From Negaprion brevirostris (lineage: Eukaryota): a DNA stretch of 64,000 nucleotides. Below the pieces are notes generated by a model. The model worked only from the letters and a program-made list of their open reading frames with translations, was not told where the DNA came from and did no database searches. Shown here piece by piece: positions 11,371 through 23,920 of the stretch; the first letter of the stretch is position 1; the number at the start of each line of letters is the position of its first letter. The stretch is taken from the NCBI GenBank assembly GCA_030324005.1, contig JARDVH010000140.1, forward strand, positions 34,646,232-34,710,231, read 5' to 3'. Both the position numbers and the translations under genes were made by a program.

Positions 11371-12317
11371 TCATTTTGCTTTTATCTGCTAAAGAATTTG
11401 AAATGAGATGATTAGCTGATGGCTGGTTTTAAGTATATTGTCCTGATGAAGTCTGCACCATGTGAGCTCAGGAAAGCCTAGCTCCAATCCTTACTCAATG
11501 CTGAGAAAGCTGACCTCATTTGGGGAATTGTCATTGAAGCTCTGGGTTGTGCAATGGAAATATAATTTGCTTCCTGCACCTGGTGACTAATGGATTCTTG
11601 CTGAAGGAAGCTTACGTATGCAAATCAGGTGAGTACAGAAATAGGATCAGCTCTGTTCTTTGACCTGTGGTCACATTACTTTTTGGTGTGATGGGTGATT
11701 GATCAATCAATCAAATTATATTATTTCTAAATTCAATTAATTACTTATTGTTGGAGTGGAGGGGGCACTGAAGTATCCAAAGTTGTTTGACAATTGCTGC
11801 TTTTCACTTTTGAGGAAACTAGCTTCGGAATTGGGTTTCACAAAGTCAGATGCTTTTTATTACTTTGTAAAATGGCCACTCTTAAGTCTACTTATTGAAT
11901 ACTCTTGGTTATTTGATTAATTTGGAGTGGAGGGGGAATGGGCTCAGGTTGTCATGGCTGAGTCCAATTCTGTTCTTATCTGTAGGCCAAAGCAAGTCAC
12001 AATTTCAAACTGGGGAAGAGCACCATCAGTATAGTTTTGCTCCTGTTTATCGTAAAAGGAGTTCTGAGAACGCACCGGTCCTCCTATGATTAGCTGCACT
12101 GACTACAATCCATTACTGTAGAAAATAAGCTCATATTGCCTCCAAACGTCAACTGTATGCGCTCATTTTGAGTTTAGAACGTGAATCTTTGTCAGCTTGA
12201 AATATGTTGACTCAAAGCTTCTGTTGATCTGGTCTGGTTTATATAGTCTTGGAAGATATAGTCTTTGGCTGAATCAAGAGTTGTTGCAATTTTTAAAGTG
12301 GCAAATTCTATTTATAG

Positions 12318-12495
12318 GTTTCAAGATATCCTTCATTCACTTCACCTGGCACGGAAACCAAATCTTGGCCTCAAGACATGTGATGGCCATCAGGAGCTCC
12401 TCAACTACTTGCGAACTGACCTGATTGAAGTGGCAACGCGACTGCAAAAGGGAGGACTGGGGTACATGGACAAATGTGATGAGTTTGAAGAGAGA
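12318..12495 (+). CDS. BAZ1B: BAZ1B exon
   Basis: tttatag|G TTT CAA...GAG AGA|gtgagt; FQDILHSLHLARKPNLGLKTCDGHQELLNYLRTDLIEVATRLQKGGLGY; 178 nt; phase 2 to 0. Confidence 0.96.
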
Positions 12496-13149
12496 GTGAG
12501 TAACCATACAGACTTGCTGCTGTCTTTAGTGAAGAGGTGCTTGTATGGCCACCAGCTGTATTATACAGAAGACGTTAGCACAATGTCTCTTTGTTAACAG
12601 TCAGTCAGACTCCAAGATTTGGTTCCCAGCAAATCAGCACTAATAAAATCAGTGTTTCCTTTTCCAGCTTAATGTTAGAATGACGCTTTGGCTCAAGACC
12701 AGTTGTTTTTTTTTGTTGTCTCACTGAAAGGGGACAGTAAAACTTGTGGGTCCCAGCCCAGCAAAGCATAGCTGTTCCAAACCACTGTTGAGACAAATTT
12801 AGATTTGCACATTTCCTGAGAACATATCAAGCTTTAAAAGAACAACTTGTGTTTATGTTATAAAAATGTTTTTCTCAGCTGAGGTTATATATTCTTGTTC
12901 AGCCTCCACTATCCTCCAAATATAAAGTCAGAGTCAATATTTAATTAATAACTAGGAAGAGTAAGGAATTATACAGGATGGAATTAGAAAAAGTTAATGC
13001 GGAAGGGAAAGGGAAAAGATTAGCAAGCAAAATTAAATTGAGTCCTAAAACCTTTTATAAACGTATAAAGTGTTAGTAGTTATCTAGGAAGCTGGGCTTA
13101 TTTAATACCTTATTAAAATTCTCATGTAGAGACAGAGCACATTGCAAAA

Positions 13150-13400
13150 GTACAACTCACCAAAGCTCCTTAGATGGCATCTTCCAAACCAGTGACCTNN
13201 NNNNNNNNGAACACCACCAGCTGCTACATCCCCTTTAAGCCACACCATCTGACTTGGGGCTATGTTACTATTCCTTCACTATCACTGGGTCAAAAGCTTG
13301 GAACACTCTGGATGTACCTACACCACTTGGACTGCCCACCACCACCACCTCGAGGGCATTGGGATGGGCAATATAATTGCTGGTCTAGCCAGGAACTCAT
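13150..13400 (+). mobile_element. 3' end fragment of the LINE family at 8313
   Basis: ..CACCACCACCTCGAGGGCATTGGGATGGGCAATATAATTGCTGGTCTAGCCAG tail, similar to 25665-25915. Confidence 0.65.
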
Positions 13401-13439
13401 GTCTTGAGAAGGATTCTTCTTTAAACAAAGCCTTCACAG

Positions 13440-14330
13440 AGGAAGTGGGTGATGTGAAGATTATGCAAGGAGAGGNNNNNNNNNNNNNNNNNNNNNNNNN
13501 NNNNNGAAAATTTTCTAAAAAGATTTTCTGAAAGTTGCTAAATTTCCTACTTCAAATGAAATGAATTCTAGGTTTCTGAAAGGAGCAAAGATAGAAATAG
13601 CAGAGACATTGGGCACAATCTTTCAATCTTATTGGATGCAAGAGTCATGCCAGAGTACTAGCGGGTGGACCCGTTAGCCTCATGTAAGTAGTGGGGAGGT
13701 TATTGGACATCGTTAAACTTGTATTTGGAAAGGTATGAATGACATGGACAGCAGCATGGCAGGTGGAGTTTGATGCAGAGAACTGTAAAGGGAGGCACTT
13801 TGAAGGACTAATATCGAAAGATCATATACTGTAAATGGCATAATTTTGAAAAGTTTATCAGAGATATTAGCGTCTATTTACACTAATCCTTGAAAATTGG
13901 CAGATCAAATTGATAACTTAAACAAAATCAAATGGATTACTTGTATTGTATTCTTCTATTTATGAACCCCAAGCAAAAGTAATCATTGTATAACTTTATG
14001 AATCTTTATACAGTAAAAGTATTGTAGGCAATTTGGATCTCATTTCATGAAAGGTGTGAAGGTCTTTAAAAAAAAGGGCATGGAGGAGGCTTGCCATGAT
14101 GTTACCAGGAATTAGGTTACGGAGAGGTTGTGAAGGTTAGGTTGCTTAACTGGACATAGCAAAGATTTTTATAAAGAGGAAAATGTTATTACCTCTGGTT
14201 AGCTGGTCAATAACTAGAAGTCATAGATTTAAAATCATGACTAGAAGATCTAATGGGAATATGAGAATTTTTTTCACCAAGTTGTTGGGATCTGGAATGC
14301 TTTACTTATAAAGGTAATGGGATCAGTTTC
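13440..14330 (+). mobile_element. Highly decayed CR1 LINE fragments
   Basis: Patchy similarity to the CR1 copy at 30830-32575. Confidence 0.55.
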
Positions 14331-14340
14331 CATACATGTT

Positions 14341-14616
14341 ATTTCTGCAATGCAGAAAGAGGCCATCTGGCCCATCAAGTNNNNNNNCCAATTCTCCTAA
14401 AAAGAAACCCACCCCGGTCTTCCCCCTCTGCCCTATCCCTATAACAGTTCGCATTTACCATAGTTAATCCACCCTAACCTAGACATCTTTGGACTGCGGA
14501 AGAAACCGGAGCACCCAAAGGAAAGAATGTGCAAAGTCCACACAGTCACCCAAGGCCAAAATTGAACCCTGGTCCCGGGTGTTAGAGGCAGCAGTGCTAA
14601 CCACTGTGCCACCATG
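14341..14616 (-). mobile_element. HE1-like V-SINE (CR1-type tail)
   Basis: GCAGCAGTGCTAACCACTGTGCCACCATG end; CCTAACCTAGACATCTTTGGACTG V-domain; similar to 288-595. Confidence 0.8.
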
Positions 14617-14619
14617 AGT

Positions 14620-15030
14620 AGTGTGGGCCTTACTCACTGGAGTTTAAAAGGATCAGAGGTAACCTTATTGATTCATGTAGGATTCTCAGGGTAGATGCTG
14701 AGAGGTTATTTCCCCTTGTGGGTGAGTCTGGGATCAAAGGGCATAACCTGAGTAAGGGGTTGTCATTTTAAGACAGAGATGAGGAGGAATTTCTTCTGGC
14801 AGATGATAGTGAATCTGTGGAATTCTTAACCACAGAGCTATAGAAGCTGGATCATTGAGTATATTCAAGGCTGAGATTGTGAGATGGAAAGATTTTTAAT
14901 CAGCAAGGTAATCAAGGGTGTATGGGGATAAAGTGGAGGTGAGGACAATTATCAGATCAGTTGTGATCTCATTGAATAGTGGACCAGATCTGATGGGCCA
15001 AATGGCCTTTTGTTCCTACATATTACGGTC
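14620..15030 (+). mobile_element. CR1 LINE 3' fragment
   Basis: TTTAAGACAGAGATGAGGAGGAATTTCTT...GTGAATCTGTGGAATTC...GATGGGCCAAATGGCC terminal motif. Confidence 0.75.
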
Positions 15031-15092
15031 TGTCTTGACCTGTTGTTAGAAGAATCACTGCTGGCTGATCATCTGCTTTTACACTCTGCCAG

Positions 15093-15269
15093 GTACGCTC
15101 ACTGGATAGTCTGAAGGATTTGGGTGAGTGTGTGATCACACTGCAGGAATGTATAATAAAGAAATTCCTGCAAGGTTTTATGGCCCCCAAGCAAAAGAAG
15201 AAGAAGGCAGGAGAGGAAACAAAAGTAGAGGAAATAGATGAGGAAAAAAAAATGGCTGAAGAGGCTAAG
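15093..15269 (+). CDS. BAZ1B: BAZ1B exon
   Basis: ctctgccag|GTA CGC...GCT AAG|gtaagt; VRSLDSLKDLGECVITLQECIIKKFLQGFMAPKQKKKK...EEKKMAEEAK; 177 nt; phase 0 to 0. Confidence 0.95.
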
Positions 15270-17427
15270 GTAAGTTCTGGAATTTCATCCTAATAGCTGA
15301 TGGTTTTATTAAGGTAGAGCTGGACTGAGCATTATATTGATCTGGAGTCCAACAGAAATGGCAATGTGCTTTGCCTGCAACACTGGAAACTGCATTTTGC
15401 CCCCTTTAGTCCACCACCTGGGCCTTGTCTTCAGCTACCCGGGCCCTATACACTGGATTTCTTTCCCTAATCCTCTCTTTTGATGCTACTGTCTTTCCCT
15501 TTACACTTCTTGGTCCAAGCTTTTGGTCATCAGGCCTAATGTCTCTTTTGACTGTCAGTTTTCAATTATTACAATCCTGTTAATCACCTTGGGATGCTTT
15601 ACTGCATTAAAGGCACTGAAAAATTACAAGTTGTTTGCTTTTAATATAACCCACCACTCAATGGCAAAATATAAAAGCAGTTCATTGGAGTGCAGCCTTG
15701 TTTCGTTTAACTGTGCCAAAACAATAAAGGGAAAATTATGTTTAAACCAAGCTGTTCTAATATTGAATGATAAGCTGCCTGTCAGTGTCTGTCTTTGCCT
15801 CACATTGTTCCCACTACCACTGATTCTAATTTGAAAATTTTTTTCCAGTTTTGGGGAAAGATGTATTGTGCATTCTATGAAAATTTCACATTCTGACTTA
15901 AAATTTGCTGAAATCAGTGCAAATGTTGTGTTACTCGCTGTTAAGTTCATCTATGTGAGATGGAGTGATGGGTACAAAACTGACTTATTTGATATGTCGT
16001 TGAATACAGCTGTATTGCACTGTGTGGAAGGGAACAACAGGGGGCAGTATAGGTTAGTGTAACTCAACATGATAGTAATTTACTTGTAGTTTTGGAGAGA
16101 GATAATGCTTGAGAACAGGCAGTAATTGATTACTCCCTTTTGTGAAGTAGGTTATTATGCTGCAAGTTGTTACTTAAAACATGAGGCTTGTTCAATTGCT
16201 GAATAAACNNNNNNNNNNTAGTAAGTATTTATTGTTATTATCTACTTGTCTAGCCAGTGGCAGCAAGAACAGATAGTTGGATTCAGCTTACAGTCAGGGG
16301 AAACTCTCATACTTTGGAGAGTAGCAGATAGCCAGGAGTGATTCGGTGGTAACTGCTGGTCTCAAATGTTTTTTGTTTCTTTTTCTTCTCAATGCAGATT
16401 TAGGAGTCAACTTTTCAATTAGTATTTACATTTAAATAAAACGGCCTGATTTTTAAATACAACTAATAACTGTTCCAATGACTTGCATGTTTTAATAAGA
16501 CACTTTAGTAGTTCACTTTGTAAGCCAATATGTCATTGAGTTTGCAGACCAGAAGGTGTGAGGTTCAATTTGCCAATCCATGTTCTGTTCTCTGCCTGCT
16601 GTTAGCATGGCAAAATGGCTGATTGGCCTTCTGCACCTGAGCTAGGGAGGAGACTGTCATTTGAAACCTGCTATCTGTTGGCCTAGCTAGGAAGTGCTTA
16701 GCTAATAAAAGTATAATTGGAATTCGTGACTCCCGAGGTAGAGGAGTTCACTGTCCAGGCGTAAAGTTGAATATTAGCTGCTTGTGCTTTGTGGAATTGG
16801 TTGTAGAAATGACAACCTGCTTTGGAGGAATCTGTGATTGTAATTTCCAAATGTTTTTATTTGTATCAGGCTAATGGTGAAAACAATGCCGAAAGGGAAG
16901 ATTTCAGTACAACGTATTCCATTTCTGCAGCTCTTAAATGCACCTGATTTTGAGGTGTTCACATTTCTCCCTAGCTATATGAAGACTTCGCCATTGTGAT
17001 TAAAATGATTGGCCCACTTTCGGGTGTTTCATTTTCTTCAAATGTAGAAAACATTTGATAAGATGAGGCCAGATATAAGATTAAACTGCTTTATTTCACA
17101 GCGAATCACCGTAAAGTAAAAGCTGTTGAATTTGCTTACAGAGTAGCCTGTCTTTTTGTAGCAATACTAAATGATAAGTATGCTATGCTTCTCCACGTCA
17201 ACAGACTTAACTTAAACAAGGTAACTTCCATCTATTCTTTAGCTTCTTCCTGAAATAGGCCAAGCTTGCCTTGTAGCATTCTGTTTGAAGATTTAACTGA
17301 TTTTGTAAGCTTTGCTGACTGCCTGTGGCTCTGTTTTATTTATCATTTGCATACAGAAAGGACTAGAGACTCTTCTTAGTTCTAAACTTTCTTGTTGTCT
17401 AATTTTATCTTGACTAACTTGTCACAG

Positions 17428-17575
17428 GTTGCTTCTGCCCTGGAGCTATGGAAATGTGCCATCCAAGAGGCACAGACCTTTTCTCGTATGCATGTGTTGC
17501 TGGGAATGTTGGACGCCTGTATCAAATGGGACATGTCGACTGAAAATGCCCGGTGTAAAGTGTGCCGTAAGAAGG
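17428..17575 (+). CDS. BAZ1B: BAZ1B exon (start of PHD finger)
   Basis: gtcacag|GTT GCT...AAG G|gtaagc; VASALELWKCAIQEAQTFSRMHVLLGMLDACIKWDMSTENARCKVCRKK; 148 nt. Confidence 0.97.
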
Positions 17576-19556
17576 GTAAGCACTACAGCTACTGGACTGT
17601 CCTCCACAAATTGATTTTTAAATTCTAATTGTTGGAAACCAGCCAATACGAAATAGATGTGCTTGCTTAGACGTTTCCACAAATATAGATTAATAAGACA
17701 CAAACTTGTTTCTGAAGAGGGAACCCTAGCTTAATAATGTGGTCTTAAGATTAAATATAAATATACTTTTAGGATATATTGTAGGAAAATGTAAAAGCCA
17801 ACAAGGAAATGCTTGTTGGCTTCTCAAATAATTACAGTATATTTCTAAATAATGTTGCTAACAGATGTAGAGGAAGATTTTCAACAAGCAATATTGCCTG
17901 CCCTTACCAGGTGCTGACAGACCAAGTGCTATATTTGAATATTGTCTTATTCCAAGAACACCTCACAAACACAATACTGTTCATCTTCATTTACTTTTGT
18001 GTTTATATCAAATAAAAAGGAATTTGTAATGAGTTGAGAAGTTGAATGGAAATACCTTTTTTTTTGTCCTGCCCAACCTTCCTGTTATTGGAAAAGGCAA
18101 TACACAATTCTATTGATGCCATGTTGATTCTTGTAGGGGGTTCCCTCCATGCTGGCTTGCTCCTATGAAGTCAATGCAGTGTCCAAGAGTAACGCTGTTG
18201 TAAGCAATAGGAGGGAGGTCATCATTTCAAACAAAGCCGAGAGCTATCTAGGGGGCCACCCAATCCCTGCAAATAGATATGAAGGAAATGTAAGGTATTT
18301 CATTCTATGATGGAAGGTTAATACTTGAATAAAAGTTATTCTCTGTAGCCCTTTTTTCCTCTGGTTTAATGGGATTAATTGGTTTAATTGATCTAATAGT
18401 TGTTTATCAAGATCGAGGCTTTTGAGGTTGTGACTGAAATCACTAGTGTATTAGTGCAGCAAACTTAATCTGTTTTTACTTCCTAAACCTTGATTTGTGA
18501 AGTTGCTAACAATGCTGAAGAATTTTGCTGATTACTTTCAGTTAAATTGCTGATAAACTATGCAGTTGGAAACATTTCTGCATCCCCTCAAATTTTCTAT
18601 TCCTCTGACTCCTGTTTCACCACATCATTCATGAATGTCTAGGATTGATTCTGGAGCTCCCTTCATGAACCACTCTGCTTGTTCATCTTTTTAAAATACA
18701 TGTATTTTTAGTTAAGGTTTTAGACATCATTTGTGAAGTGACTTGGAATATTTCTGTAAATAAAACAAATCTTACTATGAATTAGAGTTGTTTTGTGTTG
18801 GGTTAGTGGTGTGAAGTATGCTTATGGATAGGATCATAAAGCAAGCAATGTGAATGTTTGTCTTTGATCACTTCAAAGTATTTGATTTACATTTCACCAG
18901 ACTTTGCTCAGCAAGTAAAGGTTACCCACCTTGTACAATTTCTGAAACAATTTTAAATGGAGTTTCTTTGCTGAATATCATCCCATTTGATCAGTGTGTG
19001 AATCTGAAAGCCATCTGTCCATCAAATGCATCATTGCTGTTTCACTCATTTTTCAATGTTGGACATCTTGGGAAGACTGATGCAATGGTAACATGGCTCA
19101 CAATCTCTCCAGTAAATCAAGGACTTGTCCAAAATATTTTTAAAGCATCTCATCAGATGTTTTCTCCTGTAAATAAGAGCTGGATAGTGTTGTCAATGTG
19201 ATGCTTTGAAATTAGTTAGAACTGAGAAAAAGAGAATTTTGTTCCGAATTAAGTTTTTATAAGTGGATGTTCTGATTTGGGTTTCACCTGAGGCAAGGTC
19301 AACAATTTGTATCTGTTTTTTGCTTATGTTGTGGTGCACACCTACATCTAATTGCGACATTATTTAACATATACTGTAGTTATCTGGGAAGCCAAGGAGG
19401 ATTTATTTGCTTGTTTTTACATTTTCTTATATGTATCCTGGTTATATATTTGTATTTAATCTTATTTGAAAAAAACTGATCTAACACCAGTTTGAATTCC
19501 CCATGGCCTGCAAACCCATGTGTGTTTGGCTGACGTTTTGTTTTCTTGATTTCCAG

Positions 19557-19704
19557 GTGAAGATGACAAGTTGATACTTTGTGATGAATGTAATAAGGCT
19601 TTCCACTTATTCTGTTTGAGACCAGCTCTTTATGTGATACCAGATGGAGAATGGCTGTGTCCAGCTTGTCAGCCAGCCACAGCTAGGCGTGGCACACGTG
19701 ATAG
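19557..19704 (+). CDS. BAZ1B: BAZ1B exon (PHD finger)
   Basis: tttccag|GT GAA...GAT AG|gtaact; GEDDKLILCDECNKAFHLFCLRPALYVIPDGEWLCPACQP completes the C4HC3 PHD; 148 nt. Confidence 0.97.
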
Positions 19705-19774
19705 GTAACTATGCAACCAGCTTATCATTGCAGTGTCATCATGTTGTCTTCTGATCTGCTATATTCTTTTACAC

Positions 19775-20095
19775 CACAGTTACGCCTCACAGTGCTAAGG
19801 ACCCAAGTTTGATTCTAATCTTGGGTGACCGTGTGGAGGTTGCATGTTCTCCCTGAGTCTGCATGGATTTCCTCCAGGATGCTCCAGTTTCCTCCCACAT
19901 TCCGAAGAAGTGTATGTTGGGTCGAATGGCCATGCTAAATTTTCCCTTAGTGTCCAAAAGATGAGTAGATTGGGTGGATTAGCCATGGTGAATGCGCAGG
20001 ATTACGGGGATAGGGTGGAGAGAGTGGGTCTAGGTAGAGTCGGTGCAGGCTCAATAGGCCATATGGTCTCCTCTGCACTGTAGGGTTTCTATGGG
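19775..20095 (+). mobile_element. HE1-like V-SINE (CR1-type tail)
   Basis: GCCTCACAGTGCTAAGGACCC...TGTGGAGGTTGCATGTTCTCCC...CTCCAGTTTCCTCCCACATTCC...CTGCACTGTAGGG. Confidence 0.8.
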
Positions 20096-20479
20096 TTATG
20101 CTGCTGCTGATATGGATTCCCAACTGATCAAATAGTCAAAAGGTTTTGATAGAATTCTGGTCTATGCTTTCCATTGGTGAACAGATTTGTATAAAACCAG
20201 CTCACTGGGTTGTTTTGGATTGTGTTGGCACAATCAACTTGTGGGGCAGTGCTCCTGACCAGTAATTTACTTCGATTTTGTTAAAAGCTGGTCTGTCCAC
20301 TGTCTCAAGTTGTACTTGTCAGTCCTTAGTCTCTCAACTCCACCCAAGTCTAGAGTGCAGAAGTAGAAAGCTAGGGATTGAGACATAGAGACCCGTAATA
20401 GACTCCGAGTTGAGACCTGGGCATCTGGGGAGCAAGTTTACCTTTGGGTGGTCCAGGCAGAGATTTAGCTATTTCATAT

Positions 20480-21330
20480 CACAGAGTTTTTATAGTACGG
20501 AAGGAGGCCATTCAGATCATCGAGCCTGCACTGGTTTACTGAAAGAGCATTCTGCCTAGTCCCACTCCCCTGCCTCGTTCGCTATAACTGTGCACATTTT
20601 TCCTTTTCAGATAGCAATCTAATTCCCTTTCGAACATCTCAAACATATCTCCACTACTCCCCTCAGGAAGTTTGTTCCAGACTCCAACCACCCCTGGGTG
20701 AAAAACAATCTTTCCTCACTTCACTTTTACTCCTTTTGCCAATTTTGCTCTCTAGTTCTTGATGCTCCCTTGAGTGGGAACAGTTTCTCATGACTTACTT
20801 GCGCATTCCCATCAGGTTCTTGAATACCTCCAACTATCTTCTCAGCCTTCTTTTCTCCAAAGAAAACAGGCCCAACCACTCCGATCTGTTCCCATTGCTA
20901 CAGTTCTTAATCTCTGGGATTATTCTTGTGAATCTCCTCTGTACTCTCTCCAAGATCCTCACATCTTCAAGTATGATGCGCAGAACTGGAAGCAGTACTC
21001 CAGATGAGGCCTAACAGGTGTCTTATACATGTTCAATGTGACCTCCTTACTCTTGTACTCAATTCTCCTATATATAAAACCTAGAATGCCATATGTTTTA
21101 TTAACTGCTGTCTCAACATGCCCTGCCACCTTCAATGATTTGTGTACATATGCACCAAGGTTCCTCTACACCTCCTTTAGAGATTCTCCCTTTAGTTTAT
21201 ACTGTCTCTCCACATTTTTCCTGCCAAAATAAATCACATACTTTTTCGCATTAAGCTACTTCTGCCACTTGTCTACCTCATCCACGAATTATGTCCTTTT
21301 GAAGTTCAAGACTATCCTCGTAGTTTCCTA
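20480..21330 (-). mobile_element. CR1 LINE 3' fragment
   Basis: GGAGGCCATTCAG.. inverted terminus; CAGAACTGGAAGCAGTACTCCAGATGAGGCCTAAC is the reverse of the conserved CR1 VRPHLEYC.QFW motif. Confidence 0.8.
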
Positions 21331-21680
21331 TCTTCTTATCATTGCAAATTTTGAAATATAATAACACTCTGACTCTGTTAAATCATGTATGTGTGATTGG
21401 TACAAAAACTGCTTTCTCTGTCATGGTATTTTATAATGAAGTTTTATTTTCAGTATGGACTTTTGAAATTGTATTAAAACTGCCATTTTTAAGAGTTCAG
21501 GACACAAAACAGTTTACTTCAGAGCAGTGAATTTGCATTGTTTTTTCTCTTGTAGCAGAAATTGAGTTGTTGCTCTCCATTCTCCCTTAATGGGTAGGAA
21601 CAGATGGGAGGAGGGATGTTTTTCTAAGTTTTGCTAGAACAAGCTGAGATGCAACAGCAGGACATTATATTTATGTAATT

Positions 21681-21859
21681 AAAAACAGGAATTGCTGGGT
21701 AAACTCAGCAGGTCTGGCAGCATCTGTGGAGAGAGGACATTTCAAGTCCATACGTGCCTTCTACAGAATGGTCGTATGGACTCAAAATGTTAACTGTGTT
21801 TCGCTCTCTCAGCAGATGCTGCCAGGCCTGCAGAGTTTCTCAGCACTTCTGTTTTTTTT
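21681..21859. repeat. Imperfect palindrome derived from Penelope-like element termini
   Basis: Left arm AAAAACAGGAATTGCTGGGTAAACTCAGCAGGTCTGGCAGCATCTGTGGAGAGA pairs with right arm TCTCTCAGCAGATGCTGCCAGGCCTGCAGAGTTTCTCAGCACTTCTGTTTTT; inner AGTCCATACG/CGTATGGACT. Confidence 0.75.
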
Positions 21860-22113
21860 ACTGAATTAGAGGAGCCCAGATATTGGGAGGGTTGAGATCG
21901 AAGATTACTACTGAGATAGGAAAGGGCCATGGAGGGACTTAAAAACAAAGATGAGAGATTTAAAATCAAGATATTGCTTTACCAGCATAGGTGACAATGA
22001 GGGGATAATATGGAGAGGCACTCACTATGTAAGTCCATATCTCTGTTTAAAAACTGAATTGCAGTATCCAAATGTGCATTAAGTCAATCCACCTGCTATC
22101 ACTACCTCTTTAG

Positions 22114-22241
22114 AAATTATGCCGAGGAGGAAGATGAAGACAATGAGGAAGAAGAGGAGGAAGAAGAAGAGGTGGAAGAGGAGGAGGAAGAAGAGGAAGA
22201 GGACGAAGACTATGAGGAGCGAGGAGGGCCCAGACTTAGAT
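22114..22241 (+). CDS. BAZ1B: BAZ1B exon (acidic poly-Glu region)
   Basis: ctctttag|A AAT TAT...AGA T|gtaagt; (R)NYAEEEDEDNEEEEEEEEEVEEEEEEEEEDEDYEERGGPRLR; phase 2 to 1. Confidence 0.93.
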
Positions 22242-23389
22242 GTAAGTTGTGAAGTTAGCTACTAGGAAATAGTTTTAAATGTTTAATGGCTGGATTTTAA
22301 GTTTGGATTGACAATGTCATGTTTGATTGGAATCTGCTTCCTTTTTTAGGGTTCTGTCTCCGCCACCGCTTCCCCTAACTTAATTCTGTATAAGCTGCTA
22401 AATGATAAGATTTGGACAACTGAAGGGAATTACCATAAACTGTCAGATATACAAGCTTTTTATTTTTATTAATTAAATCAGTACTTGACAATTATTTATT
22501 TCCAATAGTACTTTCAAATTCAAAATTATAGAAATTTCTACATCACTAATTCCAAAAATACATATGTTTCCATCTGTGGAATCTGAATATTACCTTTGTG
22601 CTTCTTACATACAAGTTTTCTTTGATTTTTGCTTCTCCCATTTTAGGTTGTTTCCTGGTAGCTGTACAGAACAGCTGGGACAACTCCTCCAGTGTGTGTG
22701 TTTGGGAATTTAAGTGGGGGGAGGGGGGTGTGATCTGAGTGCCACAGCTCAGCATCAAGTGTATCAACAAGATACTGTGCACTGGAGCTGCAAGGCATTG
22801 CCCTGTCCTTGACCTATGCTAAATTTAATTTATAGATATTAATTAAAGTTCTTCGTGTGAGTTGCAATGTTGCCATTATGATTGGAATTCAATAAAAAAT
22901 GTGGAGTTAACTAGGAAGTGTGTTTACTTCCCAGCCTTAACTATCATCCTGTGACTGCATCAATTTTGGGTTACAATACAAGGATTTTTTTCTTGAAGAC
23001 AAATACAATTTCTAATGCCTTGATTTTGGGTGGATTTTAATAAACTAATCTTAAAATAATGCTAGCTAGCTGTAATACACAACTTGCATTCCATCTAATT
23101 GGAACGTAAAGGGAACAAACACTCAAATGCCCTGAGAAGTAGGGGAGACCCCATCTCTGTTGGCTTTCATACAATCTTGAAACTTGTCAAAAGTTTCTGA
23201 GATGAGACATCAAAAATGGAATTTGCAACACTGCACCACAATGAGTAAAGCAGACACCGTAATCAGATTCCTCTGGAATATACAGCCATTGAGGTTTTTA
23301 AAGAACTGTTTACTAAGCCAGAGAGCTGAAAAAGGCTGTCACGCGCCCTTGGAAGTATTGTGTGTGGATATTGCAGAGTAACCATCCCG

Positions 23390-23920
23390 AATACAGCAAT
23401 CTACTGCAAAGCAAGACCTTTTGGAGATAAAACATGAATATCCACTCAGTAAAGCTAAATCCAGGAAGAGACAAAATGGCTGCAACATTGAACCAGTGTA
23501 TTGAAACCAGCCAAAGGACAGTTAATCGTATATTTTTGTTTCACGAACTGTGTAAAGATCTTTTAAGTCTCTTATAACTCATTCTAGCAAACAAGAAGGT
23601 GTTAGCAGCTCCAGACTTCAACAAAGCATTTGAATTAGCCATCGATACTAGTGACTTTTGGGTAGTGGCTGTCCTACTCCAGAAGGATGAATCAGGCATA
23701 GGGAGACCAATCATATATTTCTCAAGAAACTGAACAATATCAGAAGCGCAATACCACTGTGGAGGAGAAAACCTTAGGATTATTACTTCCTTTCAAACGT
23801 TTTAGATACATATCCAAAATGACTATACTGAGGCCACTATCTTTACAGCCCACAACCACTTAACCAGAATTTTGAGACTATTTCAATGGGAGTTTATTCT
23901 TTCAACCATATCACATTGTC
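23390..23920 (+). mobile_element. Decayed Gypsy-type LTR retrotransposon pol fragment (RT connection/RNase H)
   Basis: Translation ..VLAAPDFNKAFELAIDTSDFWVVAVLLQKDESGIGRPIIYFS..TVEEKTLGLL.. matches the Gypsy RNase H pattern (LAAPDF..PF.L.VDASD.G.GAVLLQ...PI.YFS). Confidence 0.8.
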
